IMG/VR virus record: IMGVR_UViG_3300046779_001222
Span: 1-47,453 of that record
Strand: one strand, 5' to 3'
Length of the DNA: 47,453 bases
Source of the DNA: a virus
Taxonomy: Duplodnaviria; Caudoviricetes
Shown here piece by piece: positions 45,339-47,453 of this stretch. A program made the position numbers and the translations under genes. Under the pieces are notes generated by a model. The model saw nothing but the letters and a program-made list of their open reading frames with translations, was not told the origin of the DNA and made no database searches. The first letter of the stretch is position 1. Each line of letters begins with the position of its first letter.

Positions 45339-45887
45339 CTAGAGTACTCCCTCACGTCCATTCTGGATGTGCATGCGAGTGATGTTAATAGTTGCTCCAC
45401 TTCGTGCAGTCGCACTTACAACGCGGAGTCGTAAGAACTTTGCATATGACTGAAGTGGAAGAACAATCATGTCATCACCTGTAGCTGCAGCAGCAGTATA
45501 GGTATTCTGTGCTAACAATGTACTTGCGGATGGAGTAAATCCTGTTGTGTCAGATCCGTGTAATTCAACAAGAACCGTGTCAGCAGCAGTTAAACCAGTA
45601 TGGTTAAACGCCACATTGACATATAAAGGATTAAGAATTTGGCCACGCACATAATCAGCTGCAGTCACGGATCCATCGTTATTGGAATCCATTACCGCAC
45701 CACTAACACCGTTCATGACCAACCCGCCGTAATTAAGTTCTACGGAGCTACCAGCAACGTTAGGTCCAGTAGTGGTACCGTTCATTGCAAGGGTAACAAC
45801 ACCATTTGCAGATGCCGTAGAAATCAGATACTGCGTAGCACCTGCAGTTGCGGTTGCGTAAGCAAATGTAAGTTTTGCGTCTCTCAT
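45339..45887 (-). CDS. Capsid cement / decoration protein (Bbp16-like)
   Basis: MRDAKLTF start, PLYV.V, L.GSD...F, KFLRL; immediately after the capsid gene. Confidence 0.7.
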   Translation of the reverse strand: MRDAKLTFAYATATAGATQYLISTASANGVVTLAMNGTTTGPNVAGSSVELNYGGLVMNGVSGAVMDSNNDGSVTAADYVRGQILNPLYVNVAFNHTGLTAADTVLVELHGSDTTGFTPSASTLLAQNTYTAAAATGDDMIVLPLQSYAKFLRLRVVSATARSGATINITRMHIQNGREGVL

Positions 45888-45898
45888 ATCAATCCTCC

Positions 45899-46912
45899 TT
45901 AGTTAGTTGCCAACCGCAGGCGTCCGATTGAGCGAGTGTTTGGCATCCAGAGACCCATACCCCAGTCAAACAGAACATTGTGCATAATTCCGTTTTCCTT
46001 GGACTTACCTAAGTATTCAGGCTTAAATGGACCAGACTGCCAACCCTGTACATAACCAGTGCCATAGCGTACAGCATATATGTCAGCAAAGTTTGAAGGA
46101 GCAGTAATGACAGGAGTTGTTCCGTCTAACTTACGTCCTACAGTGCGGATCTTAGCACCTTTATATGTATCAACCGAGCGGTCAAATGCATCATTATCGG
46201 TGTTAAAACCAGTACCAGCTCCAAGTTGTCGGAGTACAAATTCAAACCGACGCTTGGTATCTTCATTCATGTATAGGACAACGCCAGATCCATCAGGGGA
46301 GTTTAAGTTGTCAAATAATTCCTGAAGTGCAGATACAGTTCCGTTAGCTTCAAGAGCGTTGTAGGAACTTGTTGTGTCAAGAGATGCAACAGTCGATGCT
46401 GGTGCAACAAGACAGTCCGTTGGAATATCGTAGTCAGCGCGATGCTCTAAACGATATTTAAGTCCAGGGAAACAGTCTGGGCTGTTTCCAGCTGTAACAG
46501 ATGTTGGGTCGTTGTTAATGAACTTGTCATTAAAATCATATGCAAAACCCTCCATAAAAATCTTGATCTGTGCTTCAACTGGATCAATGATGTTATTTGG
46601 CTGGTCAAGCAAACGAGAGTCAACAGTAATCTTATTGCGAATAAGATACATCTGCTCTTCGTACGACTTTGGCTTACCCTTAATTGCGTTTGGCTCACCG
46701 TTAATGGATGACCAAGTTGGCGTCGGGATCGTGCCAGCTTCGTTCGTATAGCGTACACCGATCTGCCGTAAGGAAGGCGATGTATAGAAAGGGATGTCCT
46801 TGATTGCGTTCCATGTCTGGTGCAGGGACATGGTGATTTCTTTTACAAGAGGATCATTTGAAAGGACAGCTTGATCTGCGAGTGTAAGTGCACCGTTAAA
46901 ATCGATAGCCAT
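45899..46912 (-). CDS. Major capsid protein (HK97 fold, BPP-1/epsilon15-like)
   Basis: 337 aa; LTLAD, DIPF, VDSRL, FPGL..R, IYAVRYG, W.MGL...RSIGRL. Confidence 0.85.
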   Translation of the reverse strand: MAIDFNGALTLADQAVLSNDPLVKEITMSLHQTWNAIKDIPFYTSPSLRQIGVRYTNEAGTIPTPTWSSINGEPNAIKGKPKSYEEQMYLIRNKITVDSRLLDQPNNIIDPVEAQIKIFMEGFAYDFNDKFINNDPTSVTAGNSPDCFPGLKYRLEHRADYDIPTDCLVAPASTVASLDTTSSYNALEANGTVSALQELFDNLNSPDGSGVVLYMNEDTKRRFEFVLRQLGAGTGFNTDNDAFDRSVDTYKGAKIRTVGRKLDGTTPVITAPSNFADIYAVRYGTGYVQGWQSGPFKPEYLGKSKENGIMHNVLFDWGMGLWMPNTRSIGRLRLATN

Positions 46913-46921
46913 TGGTTACTC

Positions 46922-47452
46922 CTAACGCCCAATACCAAGCAATCGCGTTATTCCTGATAACGCATTTCGCTGTGGTTGCTGGGGCTGTACTACAGGTTGC
47001 GCTGATGCGCTTGTGTCAATTGGTGTCGGAACGGAACGACGTTCTGTAACCATATCAAGCAATTCTGGTACTAATGATTCAACTAAACCCTGAACTTGAT
47101 TATGAACAGCTTTAGCTGCTTCAGAAGGACTAATACCTGAACTGATTAATTGTTCAACAACATCTTCGGCCCGACGTGCATATGGAAATTGTTCATATGC
47201 CTCTACGCGTTGCTGAGAAATCATATAGTTGTTCATCTGCGAAACGACTTGGTCGTATCTGAACTTATTGATTTCTGCTTCCGCGTAGGCACTTGCAGCT
47301 TCAGGGTCAAAGTATTCGGTGTTGACCTTCTGTTGCCAACGATCACGAATGCCCTGTTCCTGCCTAGCAATTTCCTGCTGCTGTAATGCTTTTTGGACAT
47401 CAGCTGCAGATTTGAAACCGCTACTTTCAAATTGAGTTATGACATCGCGCCA
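46922..47452 (-). CDS. Probable scaffolding protein, 5' truncated by the window edge
   Basis: Frame is open from 47452 (WRDVITQFESSGFKSAADVQ...) through MNNYMISQQR; helical Q/E-rich; directly upstream of the capsid gene. Confidence 0.65.
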   Translation of the reverse strand, partial: WRDVITQFESSGFKSAADVQKALQQQEIARQEQGIRDRWQQKVNTEYFDPEAASAYAEAEINKFRYDQVVSQMNNYMISQQRVEAYEQFPYARRAEDVVEQLISSGISPSEAAKAVHNQVQGLVESLVPELLDMVTERRSVPTPIDTSASAQPVVQPQQPQRNALSGITRLLGIGR

Positions 47453-47453
47453 T

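Larger units (their letters stand above)
1..47453. mobile_element. Tailed bacteriophage genome fragment (Caudoviricetes, podovirus-like gene set)
   Basis: Major capsid, cement, adaptors, nozzle, ejection proteins, endolysin and DnaB/initiator module; two convergent gene blocks; dense small ORFs; no host housekeeping genes. Confidence 0.97.

Noticed and set aside
47233-47430. Separate 65-aa ORF or frameshift upstream of the scaffold-like gene
   Set aside because: The scaffold frame is open to the window edge, so no frameshift is needed

Overview
The window is a contiguous 47.4 kb piece of an uncultured-type tailed dsDNA phage genome, probably podovirus-like, with no host genes, rRNA, tRNA, integrase or CRISPR seen. 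The + arm (1-15903) carries about 30 small early or accessory ORFs. These are followed by a recombination/replication module: VRR-NUC nuclease, Rad52-like annealase, Gam-like protein, LmbU-like regulator, HTH initiator, helicase loader and DnaB. The - arm (15886-47453) is the late operon, read right to left: scaffold (truncated), major capsid, Bbp16-like cement protein, two head-tail adaptors, holin-like genes, a tandemly duplicated three-gene tail module, a ~22-repeat fibre protein, a nozzle protein, two Q-rich ejection proteins, a 4473-aa giant virion protein with HExxH, and a CHAP endolysin. The most notable unexplained signal is a ~30-nt element found four times between a stop codon and the next ribosome-binding site in the early region. 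It folds as a compact H-type pseudoknot with compensatory base changes in both stems, which suggests a conserved phage cis-regulatory RNA. Also notable are near-complete CCWGG avoidance in Pro-Gly codons and the duplicated tail module. All family assignments come from motif recognition by eye, not database searches.
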